The translations under genes and the position numbers were made by a program. Shown piece after piece: positions 49,822 to 59,960 of a stretch of 64,000 bases of DNA (position 1 is the stretch's first letter; every line of letters begins with the position of its first letter). The stretch spans positions 1 through 64,000 of the IMG/VR virus record IMGVR_UViG_3300027770_000025. The stretch is one strand, 5' to 3'. A model generated the notes under the pieces. It was not told where the DNA came from. It searched no databases and was given only the letters and a program-made list of their open reading frames with translations.

Positions 49822-50825
49822 TTTTTACTTTTTATATTCTCTATGGATTTTCCTATTTCAGCATCGTCGATCATTCCATGGTAGAACTGAACCCTTTCAG
49901 AATCTTCACACTTCTGTAGCAAATTATCGAATATGTGTGCATTCATTATATTGCTGTTCGATTCCACATAATCTACAACATCAGCATATAGGGTGTTAAC
50001 GAAAATTCTTCCGTAATTTTGTGTTGCATTTCTTCTCCATAGCGTAACATTTATTGCAGTCTCTTCAGCTATAGGATAAAACTCTCGGTCAAAGCTATTT
50101 AGATACTCGTTCTCAGTTATAGATTTCCACTCTAATAAGAAGTCCCCGCATTTTTCATTGAAGCTTAATGCACAGCTGTAGACATAAGTCATTGTTGGGT
50201 TCTTAACTCCATAATATCTCATTAGCCTGCTGTAGTCCTTTATGTCAAGATTCTCTAACTCATGCTCATATACTTTTATCGGGAAATCCTTACCATCAAA
50301 TATGATCTCATATGATTGATCTTCGTGGTTGATTCTTTTAATGTTACCGAATGCTGATGTTGCTCCGGATGTGAAATAGTTAACCCTTGTACCTCTAAAT
50401 TCGTCCCTTATTATAACTCTACCCTCTAGATTAAATTTAGGAAAAGCATTATTAGGATCTATCATGTTATAATAATAAGGCAAATCCCAATTTCCAACAG
50501 AAAGAAGTGGATAATTAAAATCATGTACAAAGAAGTTAGGATCAAATCTTCTGCTGATCACTATATCTGAATCAAGAAATAATATGTCACCACCGAAGGT
50601 TCTTAAAGCATCCAAACAAATTCCGGGTTTATAAAACGGAAATCTTTTCATCTTAGGATCTAATGGCCAGTGTTTTTTTGTCAGATTTGGGTATTGAAGA
50701 TCTGACTCAAATCCCACTGTATAATATAGGAATTCAATATTATCATGACCATGTAAGTGGAGTGACTGTAACAAGTAGTCTACTTGATATTCGTAATTCT
50801 TGTCTGTGAATGCTAATATTTTCAT
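49818..50825 (-). CDS. Putative glycosyltransferase
   Basis: YKP, LFLDSD, EETAINV.LW, FYHG. Confidence 0.6.
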   Translation of the reverse strand: MKILAFTDKNYEYQVDYLLQSLHLHGHDNIEFLYYTVGFESDLQYPNLTKKHWPLDPKMKRFPFYKPGICLDALRTFGGDILFLDSDIVISRRFDPNFFVHDFNYPLLSVGNWDLPYYYNMIDPNNAFPKFNLEGRVIIRDEFRGTRVNYFTSGATSAFGNIKRINHEDQSYEIIFDGKDFPIKVYEHELENLDIKDYSRLMRYYGVKNPTMTYVYSCALSFNEKCGDFLLEWKSITENEYLNSFDREFYPIAEETAINVTLWRRNATQNYGRIFVNTLYADVVDYVESNSNIMNAHIFDNLLQKCEDSERVQFYHGMIDDAEIGKSIENIKSKK

Positions 50826-50828
50826 TGT

Positions 50829-52007
50829 TTATCTTGCTTTTGGGTTTAATATAAAGGTGATCTTAGTGAAATCTATAAAATACCACCAAGAAAACCCAGC
50901 ATTATGAATAGCAGATTCCATATCGCTTCTAATATCTAATGCCTCAATTTCTAGTGTTACTATAATTTGTTCTAGTGAAGGATCAATTGTTGATAACCTA
51001 TTGGTAAATGTTTCTATATCCTGAATATTCTTAATAGAAAAAATTAGGTGCGAAGGGTGCTCTATTTTTTTATTAAACCAAAAATCGTGATCGAAATAGA
51101 GTTCCCCTATTCTATTTCTGTCCCTCGCATTTAGATTGCTGTTATAGTACTCCACTCTTGCTCTGTATGTTATACTACCAAGATTTGAATAGTACATCTG
51201 ATATAAAGAATCAAAAGAACCGTCATAGTGATAATGTATAGATTCTAGGGTTTTCCTGCTTTTTCTGCTTTCTGCCTTAGTCATCATACCTTTATCCTCT
51301 GCTTCTATATCGGATAAAGAAACTCCCCTGCTCTGCCACATAGGTCCTGATACAGATCCCACTCTGTAGGTATAATCATGTAGTGTTCTAGGTAGGCATA
51401 GCATTTTACCACACTCCTCGTAATTTAGAATTTTTAGAATATCAGCGCTCATGCTATGTGTGTACTCGCCTTCTCTTGCTATCTCCCCCCTATGTAATAT
51501 AGCAGATTTTCTGAAACATCTGGCGTCTCCCATTACGGAATGAACATTGTTTTTTAGACCCTCTATAAAATTAGACGATCCGTTGTATTTTATATACTTA
51601 GCACCTATTGAATGCCCGGTTACATTTCCATCTTTCATTACTGATGTTGCTCCTATAATAGATAATTCGGGGAACCTTTCAAGATGAACTAAGTAACATT
51701 CAAGTAGCTTAGGATACATAATATCATCAGAATCTATAGTCAGTATGAATTCTCCACTGGATTCTATTAATGGCAAATTCCAGTAATAGTGATTTTTCCA
51801 TTTAGGATAGATCACTCTTACTCTGCTATCATTTTTTTCGAGATTCTTCAAAGTCTCCAGAACTAAAGGATCCTCGCTGAAGTCGTCGCACACAAGCCAT
51901 TCCCAATTGGTGTGGGTTTGGTTTTTTATTGATTCGTAGACCTTTTCTAAATCATCTATATAATTATAGAATCCTGTGAGTATGCTAAATTTGGTTTTTT
52001 TCTCCAT
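50829..52007 (-). CDS. GT2 glycosyltransferase
   Basis: SIKNQTHTNWEWLVCDDFS, GEFILTIDSDD. Confidence 0.85.
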   Translation of the reverse strand: MEKKTKFSILTGFYNYIDDLEKVYESIKNQTHTNWEWLVCDDFSEDPLVLETLKNLEKNDSRVRVIYPKWKNHYYWNLPLIESSGEFILTIDSDDIMYPKLLECYLVHLERFPELSIIGATSVMKDGNVTGHSIGAKYIKYNGSSNFIEGLKNNVHSVMGDARCFRKSAILHRGEIAREGEYTHSMSADILKILNYEECGKMLCLPRTLHDYTYRVGSVSGPMWQSRGVSLSDIEAEDKGMMTKAESRKSRKTLESIHYHYDGSFDSLYQMYYSNLGSITYRARVEYYNSNLNARDRNRIGELYFDHDFWFNKKIEHPSHLIFSIKNIQDIETFTNRLSTIDPSLEQIIVTLEIEALDIRSDMESAIHNAGFSWWYFIDFTKITFILNPKAR

Positions 52008-53117
52008 TTAATATTCGTAATTTGTTAGCTGCTTAAATTTATGTAACGCACTTCCTATAACCTGGTGCATGTCGTAGTATTTATACTCTGCCAATCTACC
52101 GCCAAAGATATATTTGGGCGATATCTCGTTTGAAAGCTTTTGGTAATCTATATACCTTAGATTGTTCTCCGAGTTATTCACCGGATAATATCTTTCCTTA
52201 CCAGGTTCCCATGAATCCGGATATTCCCTAGTTATTATTGTGGAATCACTTTTTGTAAATTCGAAGTGCTTGTGTTCGCAGATTCTGGTGTATGGTATTT
52301 CCTCCTCTGTGTAGTTAATTAAAGCATTACCCTGATAATCGGGAATATTTAGTTCTTCTGTTTCGAATCTTAGACTTCTATATTCTAGTGGACCAAATTG
52401 ATACCCAAAGAATTCATCAATAGCTCCGGTGAAGATTATCGTTTTAGCCTCGCTCTCGAATTGCTCTTTATTCTCAAAGAAATCAACGCCAAGTCTAACC
52501 TCAACACCTTCCTGCATTTTCTCGATCATCTTGGTATATCCGCCAATAGGTATACCCTGATAGGTGTCATTAAAATAATTATCATCAAAGGTTAATCTAA
52601 TAGGAAGTCTTCTGATAATCGAAGAAGGCAATTCTTTAGGATCTCTACCCCATTGCTTCTTAGTGTACCCGTATATGAATTTTTTATAGATCTCTTCCCC
52701 AACCTGAGATAGTATCCATTCCTCTAGATTTTTAGGTGAATCTGAATGTATCTTTACTGATTCTAGGATTTTGTTAGCCTCTTCAGGAGTCTTAACACCA
52801 AATAACTGATATAGAGTAAATAAGTTTATAGGGAAAGAATATAAGTCCCCTTTATAACTCACTTTAGGCCTGTTTACGAAGTTATTAAAGCTTGCGAATC
52901 GGTTTACATAGTTCCAGATCCGATCGTCCGATGTGTGGAATATATGTGGTCCGTATTTGTGTACATTAATACCGTTAACATTCTCGCTATAAGCATTTCC
53001 TGCATTGTGAGACCTTTTATCTATTATTAAACATTTGTACCCTTTTTCGTTTGCTTGCTGTGCAAAGGTGGATCCGAATAAACCGGATCCTACTATAACG
53101 AAATCGTATTTATACAT
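52008..53117 (-). CDS. glf: UDP-galactopyranose mutase
   Basis: IVGSGLFG, HKYGPHIFHT, YTKKQWG, YQGIP..GY, LEYRSL, GRLAEYKYYDM. Confidence 0.96.
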   Translation of the reverse strand: MYKYDFVIVGSGLFGSTFAQQANEKGYKCLIIDKRSHNAGNAYSENVNGINVHKYGPHIFHTSDDRIWNYVNRFASFNNFVNRPKVSYKGDLYSFPINLFTLYQLFGVKTPEEANKILESVKIHSDSPKNLEEWILSQVGEEIYKKFIYGYTKKQWGRDPKELPSSIIRRLPIRLTFDDNYFNDTYQGIPIGGYTKMIEKMQEGVEVRLGVDFFENKEQFESEAKTIIFTGAIDEFFGYQFGPLEYRSLRFETEELNIPDYQGNALINYTEEEIPYTRICEHKHFEFTKSDSTIITREYPDSWEPGKERYYPVNNSENNLRYIDYQKLSNEISPKYIFGGRLAEYKYYDMHQVIGSALHKFKQLTNYEY

Positions 53118-53128
53118 TTCTTTATTTT

Positions 53129-53992
53129 TTAAAACCATTTATTTTCTGATTCAAAGTAATATTTATAGTCATTAAGATAGAAATATTTCCTCGGGTTTAG
53201 GTATTGACTAACTCCTTCTGCATTACCTCTATATAAACACACCCACATAGAAACATTACAGCTGTTTAATATCAACTTAGAGCATCTACTTAAGATTAGA
53301 GAGATTGCCATAAATTCAACACCAAAATTAGTCCTCCCCCCATTTTCTATAGTCCATACCACTTGCCATTCGTAGCTCTTGTTTATTACTGGGAGTTCCG
53401 GTATAAATATAGAATCGGGATATATGGACATCGCATGATCTAAAAATTCTTTCTCGTCAGTTTGAATCAAGATTTTATATTTTGGGTTCTCTTTAAGTAA
53501 GATTCCTATCTTATTGATGTATTCTTCATAACTAGGTGGATTAGCCTCCATTAACTTATCATTTCCCCTATAATATACACCTATAGTTTCCTCTGTATTG
53601 ATTTCATATTTTGCTAGAAAAGAGTTCATTTTTTCTAGCACTCTTTCTGATGGATCAAAATATGAATTTATTATCGGTAATATCTCTTTGTAGTTTATTC
53701 TTTTATATGGGCTGAATTGACCAAGGTATGTAAAATCACCATCTTCATATTTCATAAAATCTGTAAATAGTATAGTTTTACCGACCCCTGTTATTTCTGA
53801 TCCACGAGATTTAAAAAATTCACACCATATATCTGAATTGATTGATTCGTCTTCCTTATACCATTCCATTAAAGATGCCGTGGATATAAAGGGGAATTCA
53901 CATTCCTCGTTATATTTCGCTATTATCTGGTTTAATGTAACTGTGCATGTGCTAAAAAAACCGGCAGTAAAAACTGGTGATAAATTAGACAT
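53129..53992 (-). CDS. Fucosyltransferase-like (NodZ/GT23-type)
   Basis: GFFS, IGVYYRGNDK, QTD, LSRC..LI...NVS. Confidence 0.6.
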   Translation of the reverse strand: MSNLSPVFTAGFFSTCTVTLNQIIAKYNEECEFPFISTASLMEWYKEDESINSDIWCEFFKSRGSEITGVGKTILFTDFMKYEDGDFTYLGQFSPYKRINYKEILPIINSYFDPSERVLEKMNSFLAKYEINTEETIGVYYRGNDKLMEANPPSYEEYINKIGILLKENPKYKILIQTDEKEFLDHAMSIYPDSIFIPELPVINKSYEWQVVWTIENGGRTNFGVEFMAISLILSRCSKLILNSCNVSMWVCLYRGNAEGVSQYLNPRKYFYLNDYKYYFESENKWF

Positions 53993-54761
53993 TCTTTATT
54001 AGATTTGGATATCGTAATTTATGATCTGCTCTTTTCTTTCTTTCAGTTGCATATTCTTCGCTCTCCTCCATCCAAGGAAGTTTTAAATATTCAGTTGAAC
54101 TCCATTCATCCTCTATCACATTAGTTCTTATGTAGTAATAAGAAGCTATAGAAATTCTTGGACTTTCCCCTTGGTAAGGATAAGGATGTCCGTGGAAATT
54201 GTTTCTAGTATCAAACAAAACCCAACGATTAAATTTAGGCTCGATCACTTCTACAGCTCCTTCGGAGTTCCAGAACTCCAATTCTCCACCGTCTCCAGGT
54301 TTCCAGCTGCTGTTCAGGTATCCGATAAGATTGATGCATCTTAGCATCTGTTTATCGTCATTGTAAGTGGTGGGAAGAATATTGAAGTCTTTATGGATTG
54401 ATAAATATCCTCCTTCCTTAGTTTTATGTAATCCCCCGCCCCATCTTTTTTCGTCAACCAAAAGATCTTCGATTCCTGTTATTTCTGATACTGCGTCAAT
54501 AAATTTATCCGAATGAACATACCGGAATAACGATACCAGATTCTCCGGCATTTTAGACTGGTCATTCATTGCATATTTCTCGTACTCGAAATATGGGTTT
54601 GCATAACGCACAAATTCGGAATCGTCAATCACTAAAAATTCATTCTGGCATTTCAGAATGAATTCCTCGTCAAATAAGTTGTCTATTATAACAAACTTAG
54701 GTGATTCTTTTGTGTATTTATTTTTTGCTTCCTGTGATAATACTGAGCTGTGACTTATCAT
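53985..54761 (-). CDS. 2OG-Fe(II) oxygenase
   Basis: GGGLH...GGYLSIHKDFN, GGELE.W, PKFNR..LF, FHG, R.SIA.YY. Confidence 0.9.
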   Translation of the reverse strand: MISHSSVLSQEAKNKYTKESPKFVIIDNLFDEEFILKCQNEFLVIDDSEFVRYANPYFEYEKYAMNDQSKMPENLVSLFRYVHSDKFIDAVSEITGIEDLLVDEKRWGGGLHKTKEGGYLSIHKDFNILPTTYNDDKQMLRCINLIGYLNSSWKPGDGGELEFWNSEGAVEVIEPKFNRWVLFDTRNNFHGHPYPYQGESPRISIASYYYIRTNVIEDEWSSTEYLKLPWMEESEEYATERKKRADHKLRYPNLIKNV

Positions 54762-55522
54762 AACATATTTTTGTTGATATGATCTTCTACAGCATTATAG
54801 CGGAAAGAATTCGGGGTATCATGAACCATCATTGAGCTTTCCCATTGACGGGTATACCACATATGAATAGCTATATCATCAGACCCCTTATCAACTCTTG
54901 GATTAGTTGACTTAAAGCGTTCATCAAAGTGAGGATATAGATAATTGAATTTTCTTCCCTTCTCCTTTAACATCCATAGGATCATATAATAAGGCTCTTG
55001 CTCATAAGAACAGTTTTCATCATTGCCCATTATTTCGTGCGGGTACAAGAAGTCTGAGCGGTGTCTATCGGCATTATAGATAATACCTTTATTGTTTCTC
55101 CACCCGTCTACATCATGCTTAAACGTAACCTCTTCAGTATCAAAATTAAGGGTATTAAAGTGATCCACATTACCAACCATAAAGAAAGAATTTACGGCAA
55201 CTGGGTTAGCGCCTCTGTAATGGTGATATCCATCGGATACTGCAGAAAGAGTAAGGTCTTCATCCGCCATCTTTTGAATAAGCTTTAATAGCTCTTCCCT
55301 GCTGTTAAGAAAACAATCCTCATCCAAATGCACAAACCATTTGGCGCTTGTGTTCTTAAGTGGGTTCAACCAATGGAACCAAGCATATGGCCAATTATTT
55401 CTTCCGTCAACCACAATATGCTCGCTTTCAGGGAAATGTTTTTTGACAAGTTGTTTTTGGTAATTTAACCACTTTGTATATAAAGTGGTGGTGACAAATA
55501 GAATGTCTTGATCTTTAATCAT
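54758..55522 (-). CDS. Putative glycosyltransferase
   Basis: HLDED, EPYY, HMWY.R. Start moved to MIKDQD (55522) to avoid the tRNA. Confidence 0.6.
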   Translation of the reverse strand: MIKDQDILFVTTTLYTKWLNYQKQLVKKHFPESEHIVVDGRNNWPYAWFHWLNPLKNTSAKWFVHLDEDCFLNSREELLKLIQKMADEDLTLSAVSDGYHHYRGANPVAVNSFFMVGNVDHFNTLNFDTEEVTFKHDVDGWRNNKGIIYNADRHRSDFLYPHEIMGNDENCSYEQEPYYMILWMLKEKGRKFNYLYPHFDERFKSTNPRVDKGSDDIAIHMWYTRQWESSMMVHDTPNSFRYNAVEDHINKNML

Positions 55523-55534
55523 TTTGTTTTGTAT

Positions 55535-55609
55535 TGGTACCCCCGGCGGGGATCGAACCCACATCACGGGATTAGAAATCCCGTGTTCTATCCATTGAAC
55601 TACGGAGGC
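55535..55609 (-). tRNA. tRNA-Arg(TCT) with encoded CCA
   Basis: GCCTCCG/CGGGGGT acceptor, CGGGA-TTTCTAA-TCCCG, T arm, ACCA end; TACATTTG promoter at 55682-55689. Confidence 0.9.
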
Positions 55610-55782
55610 ATTATTTTTAATAATTTATTTCAAAGAGCACATCAATTTTGTATATTTAAGCATTCTATTATTTATAGATCCCAAATGTATTATTATTTCC
55701 CGTTACAAAAAAATATTTCTAGTAAATACCAATAAGATTTTAGTATTACAAAGGGGGAAGACCTTTAATGAGTTCAATGTAA

Positions 55783-56235
55783 TTATTTACAAAGGGTGTC
55801 TGCTATCGAGATAGCCCAGGGTGATAATGTCTTATATCTAGCCTCCATTCCCATAGATTCGATTAATCCAACAGCAGCTCTCAGTAAAGTGTTAGATTGG
55901 TATCTAGGATCAGGATTAAGATCGACGTCAATATAAGCAGGCTTTTGTATACCGTGATCTATCATGCTCTGAGCAGTCTCCACGCTTAGCTCCACCTCTT
56001 TCCAAAGCCTTTCGTATCTAGAAGACATTCGGGGTAATATCAATTTACTGTAAATCACATGTCCGCCTTTTCGTGGATTGTGCATAACTACAGCCACCGC
56101 AAAAGTTGTTTTATTCCCAGAGTTATGAGAGTCGCAGCCTACATATATCTTGTGATCCCCATTATCCTTCAGCCAATCTCGAAGGTATTCGTTTAGAGAG
56201 ATCTTCTCTCCGGTTCCAAGTTTACGCCAGTTCAT
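55783..56235 (-). CDS. RNase H-like YkuK (DUF458) family protein
   Basis: IYVGCDS, GGHVIY, RLWKEVE.S, DVDLN, AD. Confidence 0.8.
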   Translation of the reverse strand: MNWRKLGTGEKISLNEYLRDWLKDNGDHKIYVGCDSHNSGNKTTFAVAVVMHNPRKGGHVIYSKLILPRMSSRYERLWKEVELSVETAQSMIDHGIQKPAYIDVDLNPDPRYQSNTLLRAAVGLIESMGMEARYKTLSPWAISIADTLCK

Positions 56236-56366
56236 ATGTTAATAGTATCTTTACTTCAACCTATATATTTAATAAAAGTTCCGGCTAAAATAAAATAAAG
56301 GCATATGTCTATTAGATTGCGGAAAAAACAACCAATGAGAATATATAGACAAATATATTTCTAATA

Positions 56367-56873
56367 ATGGACAAAATTTTAAATCTAAGCACATTTGGTG
56401 ATGTTATACATCGTGATGGCCAAGATCAAATGGATCGTGAAGAAAAAGGCATTCACTCTGAACATCCAAAGATGGACGGAACGGAGGGTAAATATGCTTA
56501 TGTATTTAAGATGATTTTACAGAACGTAGCCCAGACTAAGCTATTACATTGGCAATCACATTTCTACGGACAGCACAAAGCTCTAGACGATTTATTTGAT
56601 GGACTTATAGATAAAGGTGACGAGCTAGCAGAAAGTGTAATGGGTAAATATGGTAGACCAGTTTTAAACGAGGAACAACTTTGTTTGGCCCTCATGAACT
56701 ACAGCAATCCAGAAAAAGGCGATTTAAGCGACTTTACGGATCACTTATATAAATGCTATGCAATTGATTGCAAATCACTTTTTGAGCAAGGTAAGGATTC
56801 AGAGATTCTCAATATAATCGAGGAAATAATAGCTTTGGTTGATAGAATCAAATATTTAATATCATTAAGATAA
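56367..56873 (+). CDS. Ferritin/Dps-like protein
   Basis: KLLHWQ...YGQHKALD..FD.L....DELAE..MGKYGR; KYL. Confidence 0.8.
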   Translation: MDKILNLSTFGDVIHRDGQDQMDREEKGIHSEHPKMDGTEGKYAYVFKMILQNVAQTKLLHWQSHFYGQHKALDDLFDGLIDKGDELAESVMGKYGRPVLNEEQLCLALMNYSNPEKGDLSDFTDHLYKCYAIDCKSLFEQGKDSEILNIIEEIIALVDRIKYLISLR

Positions 56874-56888
56874 ACTAATAAATATAAT

Positions 56889-57179
56889 ATGACACAAGGA
56901 AATAATTGCTATAGATTAATAGCTAGCCAAAACTACAGACCAGGAGCTACCGGTGCTACCGCGGGACCTCAAATAAAAGACCTGACAATATCTAGCATTT
57001 ATATTGCACCTGGTGCAGCAACACTAGATTTTTACGATGCAGCAAATAATAGAAGCATCATTACAATAGGATCAGGTAATACTGGGGTATGGATGCCAAT
57101 CACAGTTACTGCTACTGGTTCATCACTATCAGGAAATATCTATGGATTCTCTCCGGGAAACATCTACGGAAACCAATAA
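56889..57179 (+). CDS. Small beta-rich hypothetical protein
   Basis: 96 aa, co-transcribed with the ferritin-like gene. Confidence 0.6.
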   Translation: MTQGNNCYRLIASQNYRPGATGATAGPQIKDLTISSIYIAPGAATLDFYDAANNRSIITIGSGNTGVWMPITVTATGSSLSGNIYGFSPGNIYGNQ

Positions 57180-57216
57180 CAAAAAACCCATCGGAGATTG
57201 TTCGATGGGTTTTTTG
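57180..57216. terminator. Bidirectional terminator
   Basis: AAAAAACCCATCG/CGATGGGTTTTTT between convergent genes. Confidence 0.85.
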
Positions 57217-57222
57217 TGCTTA

Positions 57223-57912
57223 TTAGTTTATAGACTCTGTGAAGATTATAAGATTTCTGATCATAACCTCATATTCCCATTTACCATTGGGTAATTTCTT
57301 TTCAGCTAGGATAACCATCGTAGAAGATCCATAATCTCCGTCTCCTCTTTCTTTTATAATGTCGTTATGTGATTTTGAGTTCTTATATTCAGAGATAACT
57401 TTTTGGCTTAATTTACCTACCCTATAGGCTTTTTTTATGTCATCAACTGCCCTTTGCACTAATTGATCTTGTGATGTTTGTTTGCCATCCAAAACGGTAG
57501 ACCAAATAACCTGATACATTATCTCGCCTTTCACTTTAAGATTCAGGTTATCCAAGCTGGGAAATAATTCGGGATATTTCACTTCAGCTGGTGAGAAATA
57601 TGAGGGTTTACCAAAACACTCAGTATGCCCTATTTTTCCGTCGGGAATTGAATCTATTATATCTGAGAATTTACCCCCTGTATTAGAAGTTTGCTGAACT
57701 ACACTTATAAAATATGAATTTCTAAGCTTTGCTCTTTCGTCCAATAGTAGATTTCGATTAAGATCATGCGAGAGGGTAGAAACGTATAGTTCAATTTTTT
57801 TGGAGATGCTATCGTTAATAGAATTAAGATCTTCTATATAGTAGACCTTATTCTGCTGTCCGAATAAGGTAACGGAGAATGTGACGGCTAACCCTAATAG
57901 TATCTTTTTCAT
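57223..57912 (-). CDS. Secreted protein, possible CAP-like domain
   Basis: Signal peptide MKKILLGLAV...LFG-Q; YKNSKSHNDII resembles CAP W.NS..H..N. The ATG lies just after TACATTTG (57917-57924). Confidence 0.6.
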   Translation of the reverse strand: MKKILLGLAVTFSVTLFGQQNKVYYIEDLNSINDSISKKIELYVSTLSHDLNRNLLLDERAKLRNSYFISVVQQTSNTGGKFSDIIDSIPDGKIGHTECFGKPSYFSPAEVKYPELFPSLDNLNLKVKGEIMYQVIWSTVLDGKQTSQDQLVQRAVDDIKKAYRVGKLSQKVISEYKNSKSHNDIIKERGDGDYGSSTMVILAEKKLPNGKWEYEVMIRNLIIFTESIN

Positions 57913-57973
57913 ATTACAAATGTAATTCACTATTGCGGGATAAAAAAATATTTACTTAAATATATAGATAATC

Positions 57974-58492
57974 ATGGGAACACCCGATAATATATTATTT
58001 ATTGATTTTAGAAACAGCATAATGGAATCATCAGGATTCTCTGATGCTTTGGTCAGGTTTATGGAAAGGGAGGGTATCTATGGATATGAACAGGAGGTTG
58101 AAAGCATACTGAGGGGTAATTCAATAAATTCTGTGATAACTGATATACAGAAATATTTTAGAGATAAGGAGGGTATAGAGGTTAGCAGAGCAGATATAAT
58201 GGATATGGACAGGGAATCTATGCTGGATAGGTATCTCGAGATTAGGGGTATTAAGGGGTATACTGGATCTATTATTGATCTATGGGGTCAATACAGAAAA
58301 GCTGGAATGACCAAGACTATTAAGGCAAAAGACAAAGATCTTTATCACTTAAAGCCAAGTAAGGACACCCTACGTATATGGTGCTGGGACAATAAGAGGT
58401 TAGAGGGTATACCGACGCTAATTACAGTAGAGGACATATATGGTAGAGAAAACTTCGGACAGGTAAATCCTAGCGACTATGTGTATGTATAA
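57974..58492 (+). CDS. Hypothetical late protein
   Basis: Late motif at 57958; N-terminus ILFIDFRNSIMES; internal repeat (EREGIYGY / EIRGIKGY). Confidence 0.65.
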   Translation: MGTPDNILFIDFRNSIMESSGFSDALVRFMEREGIYGYEQEVESILRGNSINSVITDIQKYFRDKEGIEVSRADIMDMDRESMLDRYLEIRGIKGYTGSIIDLWGQYRKAGMTKTIKAKDKDLYHLKPSKDTLRIWCWDNKRLEGIPTLITVEDIYGRENFGQVNPSDYVYV

Positions 58493-58550
58493 AAAAAACA
58501 TATAGTGTTTTGATATATAAGATAAATAAATTAAAAAAAGATACAAAAAA

Positions 58551-59903
58551 ATGGAAAACAGACTATTATCATTCAATGAATTCGAGACTCTTTACGAATC
58601 TTTCGGATTCATAGCAGAAGCAGAAGTACCTGACTTTACCCCACTAAAAACTACAATTAGTGCTGAAGATCTAACGTCACTATTTGGCGGTAAAATGGTA
58701 GATGAGGCATTCGATGCTAAAGCATTCTCTCCTATGCGCAAAGGTGAAAATTCTGAGAGAGTTAAACAACTTCAGAAAGATCTTGGATTACCTGATTTCG
58801 GAAAATATAATGGAATGTTCGGGGCCACTACAGAGAAGGCGGTTAAAGATTTCCAAACCAAGTATAAATTAACTGTTGATGGTAAAGTTGGAGTTCAGAC
58901 ATTAAGAAAAATGTTAGCTCTAAAAGGCGATAAAACTCCAGATAAAACTATCGAAGCTAAATACCTTAAGATAACCACTCCAGGTCAAGCAAACGCAGCA
59001 GGTATTGATCCTGAGCTATTAAAGCTATATGACATAACAATCGTAAACAACGGAGAAAAACAATATGTTATATTAATACCTAAAAAAGATGCTTCTGCTA
59101 AAGCTAAAGCTCTTCAGTCTAAAGGAACATTCAAAGGATTCGAATGGTTAGCAGAAGGGGTAAAATACATCGGTAAAGCTTTAATTTATACTGTTGCCGG
59201 GGTAACATTAATTACTTTAGATATAGCTAAAGCCATAATTTCAGGAATAGCTTCCGCTGCAAAATTCGTAGCAGGCGGAGTAGCTTACGTTATGGGTGCA
59301 GCCATTCAAGGAATAGTTAATATCGGAAAATGGATAGGTAAAAAGGGTAAAGAAGCATATGCAAAAGTTTCTGCCGCAGCAAACGAACTTTATACCGGAT
59401 TCTGTAAGGGATTTGCTAAAGTTGCTAAATCATCAGTAGAAGCTTTTACAGCTTTCATGACAGGGGTTAAAGCAGTAGCATACACAGCTACTGGAATTGC
59501 ATTAGCAGCTTTTAAAGCTGTTGCGACATTATTATCTCCTGCAGTTAAGGCAATAGTACAGGGTGCTAAAGACGCTGGTGCATTTATTTCAAACGGAGCG
59601 GCATGGATAGCTAAAAATGTTAAGAATGGAGCAATAGCTTTTAAGAATTCAGTTGTAGCTGGTTGGGAGGCCACTAAAAAAGCTACACAAAATGCATGGA
59701 ACGGTGCTAAGACAGCAGCTAAATCAGCTGGTGATGCAATGTACAAAGCAGCTGGTGATGCTTATAACGCAACTACCAGTTTCTTTTCAAGTATGTATGA
59801 TGCAGGTAAATCTTTCTGGGAATCTCTATTAGAATTAACGGGAAATCCTATCTTTGAATCAGACGAATTAGCATTTGATCATATTGACTTTACAATCGTA
59901 TAA
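58551..59903 (+). CDS. Peptidoglycan-binding-domain protein with amphipathic/hydrophobic helical repeats; probable internal head/ejection protein
   Basis: MRKGENSERVKQLQ..LG.....GMFG..TE.AVKDFQ....LTVDGKVG.QT; Ala/Lys/Trp-periodic C-terminal half. Confidence 0.75.
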   Translation: MENRLLSFNEFETLYESFGFIAEAEVPDFTPLKTTISAEDLTSLFGGKMVDEAFDAKAFSPMRKGENSERVKQLQKDLGLPDFGKYNGMFGATTEKAVKDFQTKYKLTVDGKVGVQTLRKMLALKGDKTPDKTIEAKYLKITTPGQANAAGIDPELLKLYDITIVNNGEKQYVILIPKKDASAKAKALQSKGTFKGFEWLAEGVKYIGKALIYTVAGVTLITLDIAKAIISGIASAAKFVAGGVAYVMGAAIQGIVNIGKWIGKKGKEAYAKVSAAANELYTGFCKGFAKVAKSSVEAFTAFMTGVKAVAYTATGIALAAFKAVATLLSPAVKAIVQGAKDAGAFISNGAAWIAKNVKNGAIAFKNSVVAGWEATKKATQNAWNGAKTAAKSAGDAMYKAAGDAYNATTSFFSSMYDAGKSFWESLLELTGNPIFESDELAFDHIDFTIV

Positions 59904-59913
59904 CAAAAAAACA

Positions 59914-59953
59914 CACAAAAAAACCAGATCCTAAAAGATCTGGTTTTTTTGTG
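59914..59953. terminator. Bidirectional terminator
   Basis: AAAAAAACCAGATC/GATCTGGTTTTTTT between convergent genes. Confidence 0.85.
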
Positions 59954-59960
59954 GTGTTTA

